Of a stretch of DNA of 64,000 bases, positions 37,750 through 51,400 are shown in pieces. This DNA comes from Cetorhinus maximus (taxonomy: Eukaryota): positions 1,612,001-1,676,000 of the forward strand of contig NC_135916.1 in assembly GCF_964194155.1 (NCBI RefSeq). The letters run 5' to 3'. The notes beneath the pieces are model-generated. The model did no database searches and was not told where the DNA came from. It saw nothing but the letters and a program-made list of their open reading frames with translations. Within the stretch, counting starts at the first letter, position 1, and each line of letters begins with the position of its first letter. The position numbers and the translations under genes are program-made.

Positions 37750-38533
37750 ATCCCCTGATCATTTGATCCCTGTCTCCGCGCTGGGAGCGGTTTTTAGATG
37801 GAAATGTTTCTTTATCCTTCCACTTAAATCCTATTTTCCCGCCCTCTCACTGACACACTCTCCACCCGTCCCCTCCCGCACTGTGCAATAAGACACAGGG
37901 ATATCCTTACAGCTCCCTAACCGGGATGTGTCCCAGTGCATTCAATGTTTATCTTTTCTTTATTCACATTTGCAGGGTGAGAGTCTGCAATGGAGTGAGC
38001 ATCGCTCAAAATTCCGCCTCACAACTAAGGCCCATACCTGTTGTTTCTCTAATTCTGTTGGAAGAGATGTTAGGGAATTTCTCAATCCCTTTTGGCAGCC
38101 TGGAGGGGAGGGTTCGGGGGATAGTCTAGAGTTGTGTTGGTATAGAATAGGAGAGGGATTGAAATAGATGCAAACATTTGACTCTTAAGTGCAGTATCGA
38201 GGGGGGAATATTACTGAGAAGATTGGATTTAATACCTACGATTTTCAAAATAGCTGGTTTATGATGTTGAAATATTTCAGTTACGTTTAAAGATTTCTGT
38301 TCAGCTTTCTTCATAATTTGATAAATAAATGTATTTCGGGCAGGCAGGAGGAGGGGCTGTCTGACAAGAGACATTGCCCTGACTGTCATTCACGCTGTCT
38401 CGCCCCGCCTCTCACACACACACACACACACACTCTCTCTCTGTAATTCTCCCTTTCTCAGTCAGGTCGGGGCGGGCTGTATAAAAGCGGAACGTGAAGC
38501 CGCTGCCCACTCATTCAGCACCGATTTGACTGA

Positions 38534-38854
<321 letters not shown>

Positions 38855-38887
38855 ACAAATCGACCCGACTCTCTAACAAAACCCAAA

Positions 38888-38903
38888 GGCTCTTCTAAGA
38901 GCC
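38888..38903 (+). terminator. Histone stem-loop of H4 copy 2
   Basis: GGCTCTTCTAAGAGCC. Confidence 0.95.
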
Positions 38904-39429
38904 GCCCACAACCTCACATTGAGAGCAGTGACCTTCGAGACGGAAAGCGAGATGTAGTTTTATAAAAACAGCTTTTTCACCTGCGCATTCTCCATTCGCT
39001 ATACTATAGTGAGTTACACAAGGTTTCATGGTTTATTTTCGTTCGGTTTTCAGGAATTCGCTTCCTTTCAATCTCCAGAAACCCGATTCCCAGCCTGGCT
39101 GAGGAACACGACAGATTCCAAACTAACACCGAGTTCACAAGATAAAGGCCATCATTTATTACACTTTGATCAGGAGTAACTATTTTGAGACACATTATTT
39201 TCGCTTCTTCGCACTATTTTCAACCCTGCCTTTTTATTCTTCGCTTTCTCTTCCTGAGTCGTTGAAACACGACAGGACCTGGGAGGTATCTGTAGATGAG
39301 CTTTATGTGGATCAGCCTGTATCCATGCAGCATGTTGACTGGATCCAGGAAGCACGATATTTAAGAGCTTTATTCTGGCCTGTTTCAGAGCGATCAATAT
39401 AATAATGCGAATTTAAACGGGAATGTAAG

Positions 39430-40460
39430 GCAAATCTCAGCAGGTCTGGCAGCCCTGGCGGAGAAGAGCACAGCTGACGTTTCGGGTCCTCATGACCCTT
39501 CAACAGAACTGAGTAATATTAGGAGAGGGGTGAAATATAAGCTGGTTTAAGGTGGGGGTGGGGGGAGAGAATTTGAAGGTGGGGTGGTTGTAGGGACAAG
39601 GAAGCAGTGATAGGAGCAGATAATCAAAAGATGTCACAGACAAAAGAAAAAAGAGGTGTTGAAGGTGATGATATTATCTAAACGAATGTGCTAATTAAGA
39701 ATGGATGGCAGGACACTCAAGGCACAGCTCTAGTGGGGGTGGGGTGGAAAGACTAACAGGGCATAAAAGGTATAAATTTAAAAATAATGGAAATAGGTGG
39801 GAAAAGAAAAATCTATATAAATTAATGGAAAAAACAAAAGGGAGGGGGATGAAACGGGAAAGGGGGTGGGGATGGAGGAGGGAGTTCAAGATCTAAAGTT
39901 GTTGAATTCAATATTCAGTCCGGAAGGCTGTAAAGTGCCTAGTCGGAAGATGAGGTGCTGTTCCTCCAGTTTGCGTTGGGCTTCACCTGAACAATGCAGC
40001 AAGCCAAGGACGGACATGTGGGCAAGAGAGCAGGGTGGAGTGTTAAAATGACAAGCGACAGGGAGGTTTGGGTCTTTCTTGCGGACAGACCGCAGGTGTT
40101 CTGCAAAGCGGTCGCCCAGTTTACGTTTGGTCTCTCCAATGTAGAGGAGACCGCATTTGGAGCAACGAATGCAGTAGACTAAGTTAGGGGAAATGCAAGT
40201 GAAACGCTGCTTCACTTGAAAGGAGTGTTTGGGCTCTTGGACGGTGAGGAGAGAGGAAGGGAAGGGGCAGGTGTTGCATCTTTTGCGTGGACATGGGGCG
40301 GTGCCATAGGTGGGGGTTGAGGAGGAGGGGAAGGTGGAGGGGTGGACCAGGGTGTCCCGGAGGGAACGATCCCTACGGAATGCCACAAAGGGGGTTGAAG
40401 GGAAGATGTGTTTGGTGGTGGCATCATGCTGGAGTTGGCGGAAATGGCGGGGGAATGATG
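39430..40460 (-). mobile_element. 5'-truncated Penelope-like retroelement: GIY-YIG endonuclease (ORF 39886-40386) and 3' pLTR
   Basis: C..RC.TC linker, NLVYCIRCSKCGLLYIGETKRKLGDRFAEH, ..E..LIFRLGTLQPSGLN. Hammerhead-like motif at the 3' end. Confidence 0.92.
39470..39510 (-). ncRNA. Minimal hammerhead ribozyme-like motif in the Penelope pLTR
   Basis: Minus strand reads AGTT-CTGTTGA-A-GGGTC(atgag)GACCC-GAAAC-GTC-AGCT, with a GUC cleavage triplet. The core has U in place of A6. Confidence 0.65.
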
Positions 40461-40646
40461 CCTCCGGCCAGCAATCGATCAGGGGATGAAAGAATTTAAT
40501 CTGCGTTCAAAAGCAGGAAGTCGGAGCTGTTACCGAAATGGGGCTCGCAAACATTGAGACCTTGTGATATTTGTCGCATTGATATTTATTTGAACTGCCT
40601 TCAAACTAGGTTTCTTTTAATTTCAGTTACTCGTCCCTCTGAAATT

Positions 40647-40798
40647 GGCGGGCATTTTGAAATTGATGAACTGTCAGTTTCTGCTCCACCAATCAGGGCC
40701 CAGAAATCCATGCAGCCCGCTGCTCTTTTCAAATTTCTGGGCGGGATTGCGCTGCATCCAATCAGGACAGGAGGGAGGTGACGGACATGTCTTAAATA
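40647..40798 (+). promoter_or_regulatory. H3 promoter: CDE/CHR-like tandem, two CCAAT boxes, TATA-like element
   Basis: GGCGG-gcat-TTTGAA at 40647-40661; CCAAT at 40689 and 40758; TTAAATA at 40792-40798. Confidence 0.7.
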
Positions 40799-40799
40799 G

Positions 40800-41267
<468 letters not shown>

Positions 41268-41309
41268 ACTCACCCTGCCCGACACTAGACTTACACCGAG
41301 AACCACAAA

Positions 41310-41350
41310 GGCTCTTTTAAGAGCCACCAAGTCGGTCAAAGAAGGAGCTG
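41310..41350 (+). terminator. Histone stem-loop and HDE of H3
   Basis: GGCTCTTTTAAGAGCC at 41310-41325, followed by GAAGGAGCTG. Confidence 0.95.
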
Positions 41351-42103
41351 CGATCTCTTAACTACACCAGCACTTTAGCATCTCAGGCCTACAATTTATT
41401 TTCCTCACTTTGTCACCGGGTAACTGTCCTTTGCTTCAATCACTCGGTGTTTCAGATCATTTGAGATCATTTTCATAAGGCAAATATTTTAATAATAAAG
41501 GCACTTTTTCGCGAATTCTGGAGACTGGATATAAATAGTTGCAGCACATACTACTAATGTCCGTAAGATGTAACAGTGCTAGCAGGATGCGTCTCACTCT
41601 AACCCACCCTTTCAGATATCATCAGAAATTACGAAGCGATAGGGATGTTCACACATGCACTAAAACCCGGATTCAGCTTCAAATGCCCCAAAGAGCCACC
41701 GAGTCGGTCAGAGAAAGAGCTGCGATCTCTTGTTAAACAATCTAGCTCCTAAAACCCTCGGGCCTACAATTTATTTAAGTCCTTTTGTTCATCCGGTCTC
41801 TCCCTCTGCTGCATTTGGGGATATGGGGTGATTCCATTTATAGTTCTTTAGCTATTTCACGTCATTGAATTAGAAATGGAATGAATTAATTATTCAATGA
41901 ATGTTTCCCTGAACATTGTCAGTTGGTCATATGTAGATGCAGCACAGACTCCTGGTGTCTGGAAAAGGCAACAGCGCCAGCGTCTCGTTGTAACCAGCGC
42001 TTTCACAGATCGCATTAGAAATATAATGTCATTCCGAATCGATAGGGATGTTATCGCGCATCCGGATAGACAACAGGTCGCCCCTTTCACTGATTAAGTG
42101 AGT

Positions 42104-42119
42104 GGCTCTGAAAAGAGCC
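42104..42119 (-). terminator. Histone stem-loop of H2A copy 2
   Basis: Reverse complement reads GGCTCTTTTCAGAGCC. Confidence 0.95.
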
Positions 42120-42149
42120 TTTGGGTTCTCAGTTTAAAGAATGGTCGCT

Positions 42150-42593
<444 letters not shown>

Positions 42594-43760
42594 TCAGTTC
42601 TCTTATACTCTCAGGAGGAATGGTGGTGCGCTCAGAGCTGATTGGTCAATTATATTTTAGCTCATAATATTCTTCATGTTACCAATCAGATTTCTGCCTG
42701 ACTCACCAATGCGGGCAAGCAACGTATGAAGTCGGAAGTTAAGGGCGCCAAATCATCAGTTAAACAAACGATTATATATTTCAAACTGGAAAAGTCCGCC
42801 AAAAAATTAATCGAAGGAATTATCGGACAGAAATCGTCTTAGCTAAACAAAGGACAATTCCTTTACAAATTGTTCTAATGTTTAACATTAAAGCAGTTCT
42901 GTTACAGAATGTTAGAAGGTTTCTCGCTCTCTTTTCCTTGTCTACAGTTTACCCGAAACTGTCAGTTTCTGGTTTTGCCTGTGGACAAGAGGACAATAAA
43001 GGCGCCAACTTTTGTTTTATACATGTTCGTGAGTGTGAAGAGCGGAGTGCACATTTTTTGGCTTAAATCTGCCAGTATTGAAACTGAGGCTTCCTACACC
43101 GCCAGGACTTATACGGAATGAATTGATCAAATCAACTTTTATAATGCTGGGGAGGGATAGCATCTTTGAAGGATCAAAGATAGACTCTGCTTGATTACAT
43201 TTATGCAACAAGGCAGGGTCTATTCTGAAGCAGCAAGCATACATTGTATTCCAAACCAACAATAAAAATGAAAATCCTCTGCAGGCTATGTGATTCTGGG
43301 ATTAAGCCTAATCATCATTATCTGTTACTTAAATGTTGTTTTCACTCACTGAAGCTTTTCTTCCGAAATTGACATCAACGATATATGTTTCTGTTTTTGT
43401 TTTTGTCTCTGTAGCATTCAGATTTAAGTCAGTTTGGATTTTATCTGGTGCATGTCAATCCCTGAGAAAATTTTATATTTCATTCGACATCTAATGCTGC
43501 CAACATAAGATTATGCTTCTATTCTCCTTTTAATCCCCACATAATCTGTTAAACCCTGCTATGGGTGCATGGAATATCTGTCTGTTCATGATAAATAAAT
43601 GTGAACTTTATTCTGAAATGTATATTTTTCCATAAAATAAAGCAGGGTAAAAAAAACAGGGAATTACAGACTGATTAGCCTATCATCAGTGGTAGACTTA
43701 ATACTAAAGTCTATAATGTGATAACAGGAGACTTAGACGATGTCAAAGAGATTGGACAAA

Positions 43761-43940
43761 GAGGACACCAACCTGTGTGCCATCCACGCCAAGCGAGTGA
43801 CCATCATGCCCAAGGACAGCTGGCCGGCCACATCCGCGGGGAGTGCGCCTAGACTGACCCTACCCGACTCTAGACTTACACCGACAACCACAAAGGCTCT
43901 TTTACGAGCCACCAAGTCGGTCAGAGAAAGGGCTGCGATC
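43761..43940 (+). pseudogene. H3 3' fragment pseudogene
   Basis: [19 protein letters not shown] followed by a 4-nt deletion frameshift. Stem-loop is mutated to GGCTCTTTTACGAGCC at 43895-43910. Confidence 0.92.
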
Positions 43941-44067
43941 TCTTAACTACAACAACACTTTATCCTCTCAGGCCTACAAGTTAATTTCCTTACTTTGTCA
44001 CCCGGTAACTCTCCTTTGCTTCCTTTACTGGGTGTTTCAGACGATTTGTGGTTATTTCAAAGGTGAA

Positions 44068-45295
44068 ACACTCTCACCCCGCCCCCCTCTCTATCCACCA
44101 CTTCATACTCTCTCCCCCTCACACTTTCTTAGCATGTCACACTTTCTACCCCCACTCTCTTACTCCTCTCACACTCCCTATCTCCTCTCACTCTCTTGCA
44201 CTCCCACGCTCTCACATTCACACTCTCCCCTTCTCACTCATTACCCACTCTTCCTGGCTACAACATCACATTCTCTCCACCCTCACATTCTCCCCATCAC
44301 GACCTCTCCACCTCACTCTCTCTACCCCTTCACACGTTCTTCCCTTCACATGCTCTCCCCATCATATTCCCTACCACCTCACACTCCAAATCCCTTCGCA
44401 ATCTGAACCCCCTCACACTCTCTTTGCTGCCAACACTCTCTAACCCCTCTCATTCTCTCCTGCTCACATTCTTTCCGCCTCACACTCTCTCCTGCTCACT
44501 CTTTATGTCCTCACAATGTCTACCCCACTCTCACTCTCTGCCCTTCAATCCCTCTAACACCCACCTTCTCTCCCCCAATACTCTGTCCTCCTCACTCATT
44601 CTATGCCCTCACACTCTTTCCACCTCTATCACTTTATACCCCACATGGTATACCCCCTGACAATCTCTATTCAGTCACACCCTCACTTTCAACCCCCTCA
44701 CACTCTCACTCCCCTCAGAATCTCTCCCCCTCACACAGCCACCCCTTCTTTCTCAACAATCTTACACACTTTCTCCCCTCACACTTTGTCCCTTGCTCAC
44801 CCTCTCTCCACCTCAGGATCTCTCACCCCCTCACACTCTTCTCCCCGCACTCTTTCCATCACACACTCCCTCACCCTCACACTCTCTTCCCCCTCACTGT
44901 CTCTACAACCTCACCTCACACCTCATTCCCCCCTCACTCTCTCTTATGCCTGAAACTGCTCCAGCTCTGTGCTCTCTACCCTTTCAAACATTCTCCCCCT
45001 CAGACCCTGTAACCCTTTCACTTTGTACCCTTCACTCTCTTCCCCCCTCAAACTCTCTAACCCATCACACTCTCCCCCTCATGCTCTCTCCCCTCACATT
45101 CTCTTGAACTGCACACTATCTACACCCTCACTCGCTGCCCCCTCACACTCTCTCCATGTCACAATCTCCTGCCCCTCACACACTTACCCCTCACTCTCTC
45201 CCCCTCAAACTCTACACCACTAATACTTTCTACCCCTCACACTCTCAACTCCCTCAGACTGTGTCTCCCTTTCACACATTCTCCTCCTCACATCA
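44068..45295 (+). repeat. Degenerate C/T/A-rich minisatellite (unit ~CCCCTCACACTCTCT)
   Basis: Plus strand is almost devoid of G. Further tracts at ~46050-46470, 48470-49490, 50460-51470, 52572-53610 and 56145-56650. Confidence 0.88.
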
Positions 45296-45302
45296 ATTAA
45301 CC

Positions 45303-46048
45303 CAATGAACGGCATGACACTAGGAAGTTCTGAGGAACAAAGGGACCTTGGCGTGTGTGTCCATGGAACTCTGAAGGAGGAGGGGCATATTAGTGGGGTG
45401 GTGAAAAAGGCATATGGGACAATTGCCTTTATCAATCGAGGCATAGATTACAAAAGTGGGAGGTCATGTTGGAGTTGTATAGAACCTTGGTGAGGCCACA
45501 GCTGGAGTGCTGGGTGCAGTTCTGGTCGCCACATTAAAGGAAGGATGTGAATGCACTGGAGCGGATGCAGAGAAGGTTCACCAGGATGTTGCCTGGAATG
45601 AAACATTTAAGTTATGAAGACAGGTTGGATAGACTTGGGTATTTAATTGGAGCAGAGAAGACTGAGGGGCGACCTGATCGAGGTGTACAAGATTATGAGG
45701 AGCATGGACAGGGAGGATAGGGAGCAGCTGTTCCCCTTAGTTGAGGGGTCAGTCACAAGGGGGCATAAGTTCAAGGTGAGGGGGAGGAGGTTTAGAGGGG
45801 ATGTGAGAAAAAACTTTTTTTACCCAGAGGGTGGTGACGGTCTGGAATGCGCTGCCTGGGAGGGTGGTGGAGGCGGGTTGCCTCACATCCTTTAAAAAGT
45901 ACCTGGATGAGCACTTGGCACGTCATAACATTCAAGGCTTTGGGCCATGTGCTGGTAAAAGGAATTAGGTAGCTAGGTCAGGTGTTTCTCATGTGTCGGC
46001 GCTGACACGATGTGCCGAAGGCCCTCTTCTGCAGTGTGTGATTCTGTG
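45303..46048 (+). mobile_element. CR1 3' fragment
   Basis: EQRRLRGDLIEVYKIM motif; tail gtgtgattctgtg. Confidence 0.92.
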
Positions 46049-46472
46049 AACCCCTCACGCTGTATTGCTCACAATCTATTCCCCTTAAATCTCTCTCCCT
46101 CACATTTCCTTCCCCTTCACTCTCTATGCCCTCACACTGTCTATCGTACTCCCACTCTCTGCTCCTCATAGACACTAAATCTCTCACTCTCTCTCCCTAT
46201 CACACTCTCTACACCATCATACTAGTTGCCCCCTCAACACTCTCCACATCACAATCTGTCACTCGTGACACTCCCCCGTGCCTGATACTCTCTCCCCTTC
46301 ACACACTCTCCCCCTCACTCACTCTACACCCTCACACCTTCAACACTCTCAAACTTGCTGCGCCTTCAAAGTCTCTCTACATCACAATCTCTCCCATCCC
46401 TCTCCACTCCCTCACGTTTTCTCCGCCTCACACTCTCTCCCCTGCTCTCTGCCTACCATGTGCTCTCACTCA

Positions 46473-48468
46473 ATTCAAAGAATGCATGGGTGAACAGCAA
46501 CAATTGTTTATTCCTGTCTGGCACAAAAGTGAAACAAGAAAGGTGGCTAAACCATGGCTTACAAGGGAAATTAGAGATAGTATTAGATGCAAGGAAGAGG
46601 CATACAAATTGGCCAGAAAAAAACAACAGACCTGAGGATTGGGAGCAGTTTAGAATTCAGCAAAGGAGGACCAAGGGATTGATTAAGAAGGGGAAAATAG
46701 AGTATGAGAGTAAGCTTGCAGGGAACATAAAAACTGACTGTAAAAGGTTCTATAGGTATGTGAAGAGAAAAAGATTGGTGAAGACAAATATACAGACAGA
46801 AAGAGGGGAATTTATAAAGGGGAACAAAGAAATGGCTGACCAACTAAATACATACTTTGGTCCTGTCTTCACAAAGAAGGATACTAATAATATACCAGAA
46901 ATGTTGGAGAACACAGGGTTTAATGAGGGGGAGGAACTGAAATAAATCAGTATTAGTAGGGAAATGGTGTTGGGAAATTGAAAGGATTGAAGGCCGATTA
47001 ATCCCCGGGGCCTGATAATCTACATCCCAGAGTATTTATGGAAGTGGCCCTAGACATAGTGGATGCAATAGTGGTCATCTTTTGAGGCTCAATAGAATCT
47101 GGAACAGTTCCTACAGATTGGAGAGTAGCAAATGTAACCCCACTATTTAAAAAGGGAGGTAGAGAGAAAACAGGGAATTATAGACCAGTCAGCCTGACGT
47201 CAGTAGTGGGGAAAATTCTAGAGTCATATAAAAGATTTAATAGCTGCGCACGTGCAAAACAGTGGCAGAATCGGACAGAGTCAGCATGGATTTACGAAAG
47301 GGAAATCATGCTTGACAAATCTACTGGAATTTTTTGAGGATGTAACTAGTAGAGTTGATGAGGAGGAGCCAGTGGATGTGGTTTATTTGGACTTTCAGAA
47401 GGCTTTTGACAAAGTTCCACATAAGAGATTGGTGTGTAAAATTAAAGCATTTGGGATTGGGGGTAGTGTATTGAAATGGATAGAAAACTGGTTGGCAGAC
47501 AGGAAACAAAGAATAGGTAAAAACGTGTCTTTTTCCAAATGGCAGGCAGTGACTAGTGGGGTACTGCAGGGATCGGTGCTAGGACCCCAGTTATTCACAA
47601 TATATATTAATGATTTAGATGAGGAAGCTAAATGTAATATCTGGAAATTGCAGATAACACAAAGTTGGGTGGGAGGGTGAGCTGTGAGGAGGATGCAGAG
47701 ATGCTTCAGTGTGATTTGGACAAGCTGAGTGAGTGGGCAAATGCATGGCAGATGCAGTATATTGTGGATCAATGTGAGGTTATCCATTTTGGTAGTGAAA
47801 ACAGGAAGGTAGATTATTATCTGGATGGCTATAAATTGAGAGTGGGGAAAGTACAACGAGACCTGGGTGTCCTTGTACACCAGTCGCTGAACATAAGCAT
47901 GCAGGTGCAGCAGGCGGTAAAGAAGGCAAATGGTATGTTGGCCTTCATAGCCAGAGGATTCAAGTACAGGAACAGGGATGTCTTGCTGCAATTGTATAGG
48001 GCCTTGGTGAGACCTGGGATATAATGTACAGTTTTGGTCTCCTTATCTGAGGAAGGGTGTAGTTGCTATAGAAGGAGGGCAGCGGGTCTCATAGAAACAT
48101 ATATTAAATTCAAACAGGACTAGACAGGGTGGATACAGGAAGGACGTTCCCGATGTTCGGGGAGTCCAGAACCATGGGTCACAATCTGAGGATATGGGGT
48201 AGCCCATTTAGGACTGAGATGAGGAGAAATTTCTTCACCCAGTGAGTGGTGAGCCTGTGGGATTCGTTACCACAGAAAGTAGTTGAGACCAAAACATTGT
48301 ATGTTTTCAAGAAGGAGTTAGATATAGCTGTTGTGGCGAAAGGGATCAAAGGATATGGGGAGAAAGCGGGAGCAGGCTATTGAGTTGGATGATCATCCAT
48401 GAACATAATGATTGGCGGAGCAGGCTCGAAGGGCCGAATGGCCTACTCCTGCTCCTAGTTTCTATGTT
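46473..48468 (+). mobile_element. CR1 LINE ORF2 fragment (tether, RT, 3'UTR)
   Basis: QHGFTKGKSCLTNLLEFFE, DFQKAFDKV and GVLQGSVLGP motifs; 3' end ctcctagtttctatg. Confidence 0.93.
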
Positions 48469-51400
48469 GCTAACTCTATCCCTTCCTACCCTCTTGCCCA
48501 CACACTGTCTCACACCTCTCTCTCACGCTCTCTCACTCTGTACACCTCTAACACTTTCTACCTCCAGGACTCTTTGCTCTTTAACACTCTCTGTCCCCTT
48601 TCACTCTCTTCTGCTCACTCTCTCACACTCACACTCTCTCCCCCTCTCATTTGCTACCCCCTTTCAGGCTTGTCATCTAGACACTCTCTCCCCAGTCACA
48701 CTCTCTCCCCCTCATCCTTTCTCCCCCTCACACTCTCTTCCCCTCTCACTCCCTTCACCCTCACACTCTCTTCCCCTTTCACTCCCTTCACAGTCACACA
48801 CTCTGCCTCTTCACACCCTCCCCCTCAGACTCTTGGCACCTTCAATACTTCCTGCTCGCACACTTTTTCCTGCCTCACATTCTCTACCCCCTTACACTCT
48901 CCTACTTTCACTCTCTCTCCCTCACACTCTCTCCACCTCTCACTCACTAAACCCTTTCACTCTCATCACCTTGACACTATCCACCCCCTCACACTGCCTC
49001 CCCCTCACACACTCTCCCTTTCACACTCTCTCCTCCACACACTCTGTCCCCCTCACACTCTGCCTCATGCACCCTCTACCCCTCTCACCACACATATCCT
49101 CAGACATTTTCACACTTGCACACTCACCCACACAATCTCTGCCCCTCACACTCAATGCCCCCTCACACTCACTTCCTCTTCACACTCAGGCTCCTCACAT
49201 TCACTCTGATTCACATTCTATGCCCCTCTTTTTCCCTTCTCGTTCACATTTTCTCCCCCTCACAATCCCCTCCCAGTCACACTCACTCTCTGATAATAAG
49301 CACAGTCCCTCACAATCTCTAACCCCTCAGTGTCTTTCCCTGCTTACAGTCTCTCCTGCTCACACTCTTTCCACCCTCACATCTTCCCCCTCACACTTTC
49401 TCCCTCTCTCTCTTAACTCCTTTACTCTTTCTCTCCCTCACACTCTCTTCCGCTTACACTCTCTCCCATGCTCACACTCTCCACCCCTAACATTCTGCCG
49501 GACAGTTTTATTCCCCCAGCAGTTTCTGTTTTCATTTCAGATTTCCCACATCCACAGTGTTTTATTTTATTTTTCATTGTACCCATAGAGCCTTAGTTCA
49601 GCAGGGAGATTATCCTTTGCCTGTTAGTTCATGGTAAATGATTGCTCAATTTAAATTAATTTATTGACACAGGATTACTGTGGCTTCACAGCAGGATGCA
49701 GAGATGCCTCAAGCTGAGTGAGTGGGCAAATGCAAGGCAGATGCAGTATAATGTGGATCAATGTGAGGTTATCCATTTTGGTAGTGAAAACAGGAAGGCA
49801 GATTATTATCTGAATGGCTATAAATTGAGAGAGGGGAATGTGCAACGAGACCTGGGTGTCCTTGTACACCAGTCGCTGAACATAAGCATGCAGGTGCAGC
49901 AGGCGGTAAAGAAGGCAAATGGTATGTTGGCCTTCATAGCCAGAGGATTCAAGTACAGGAACAGGGATGTCTTGCTGCAATTGTATAGGGCCTTGGTGAG
50001 ACCTGGGATATAATGTACAGTTTTGGTCTCCTTATCTGAGGAAGGGTGTAGTTGCTATAGAAGGAGGGCAGCGGGTCTCATAGAAACATATATTAAATTC
50101 TAACAGGACTAGACAGGGTAGATGCAGGAAGGACGTTCCCGATGTTCGGGGAGTCCAGAACCATGGGTCACAATCTGAGGATATGGGGTAGCCCATTTAG
50201 GACTGAGATGAGGAGAACTTTCTTCACCCAGAGAGTGGTGAGCCTGTGGGATTCGTTACCATAGAAAGTAGTTGAGACCAAAACATTGTATGTTTTCAAG
50301 AAGGAGTTAGATATAGCTCTTGGGGCGAAAGGGATCAAAGGATATGGGGAGAAAGCGGGAGCAGGCTATTGAGTTGGATGATCATCCATGAACATAATGA
50401 TTGGCGGAGCAGGCTCGAAGGGCCGAATGGCCTACTCCTGCTCCTAGTTTCTATGTTGCTAACTCTATCCCTTCCTACCCTCTTGCCCACACACTGTCTC
50501 ACACCTCTCTCTCCACCCACTCACGCTCTCTCACTCTGTACACCTCTAACACTTTCTACCTCCAGGACTCTTTGCTCTTTAACACTCTCTGTCCCCTTTC
50601 ACTCTCTTCTGCTCACTCTCTCACACTCACACTCTCTCCCCCTCTCATTTGCTACCCCCTTTCAGGCTTGTCATCTAGACACTCTCTCCCCAGTCACACT
50701 CTCTCCCCCTCATCCTTTCTCCCCCTCACACTCTCTTCCCCTCTCACTCCCTTCACCCTCACACTCTCTTCCCCTTTCACTCCCTTCACCGTCACACACT
50801 CTGCCTCTTCACACCCTCCCCCTCAGACTCTTGGCACCTTCAATACTTCCTGCTCACACACTTTTTCCTGCCTCACATTCTCTACCCCCTTACACTCTCC
50901 TACTTTCACTCTCTCTCCCTCACACTCTCGCCACCTCTCACTCACTAAACCCTTTCACTCTCATCACCTTGACACTCTCCACCCCCTCACACTGCCTCCC
51001 CCTCACACACTCTCCCTTTCACACTCTCTCCTCCACACACTCTGTCCCCCTCACACTCTGCCTCATGCACCCTCTACCCCTCTCACCACACACATCCTCA
51101 GACATTCTCACACTTGCACACTCACCCACACAATCTCTGCCCCTCACACTCAATGCCCCCTCACAGTCGCTTCCTCTTCACACTCAGGCTCCTCACATTC
51201 ACTCTGATTCACATTCTTTGCCCCTCTTTTTCCCTTCTCGTTCACATTTTCTCCCCCTCACAATCCCCTCCCAGTCACACTCACTCTCTGATAATAAGCA
51301 CAGTCCCTCACAATCTCTAACCCCTCAGTGTCTTTCCCTGCTTACAGTCTCTCCTGCTCACAGTCTTTCCACCCTCACATCATTTTCCCCCTCACACTTT

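Noticed and set aside
43740-43946. Novel H3-derived 68-aa protein
   Set aside because: The frameshift, substitutions and mutated stem-loop indicate a pseudogene.
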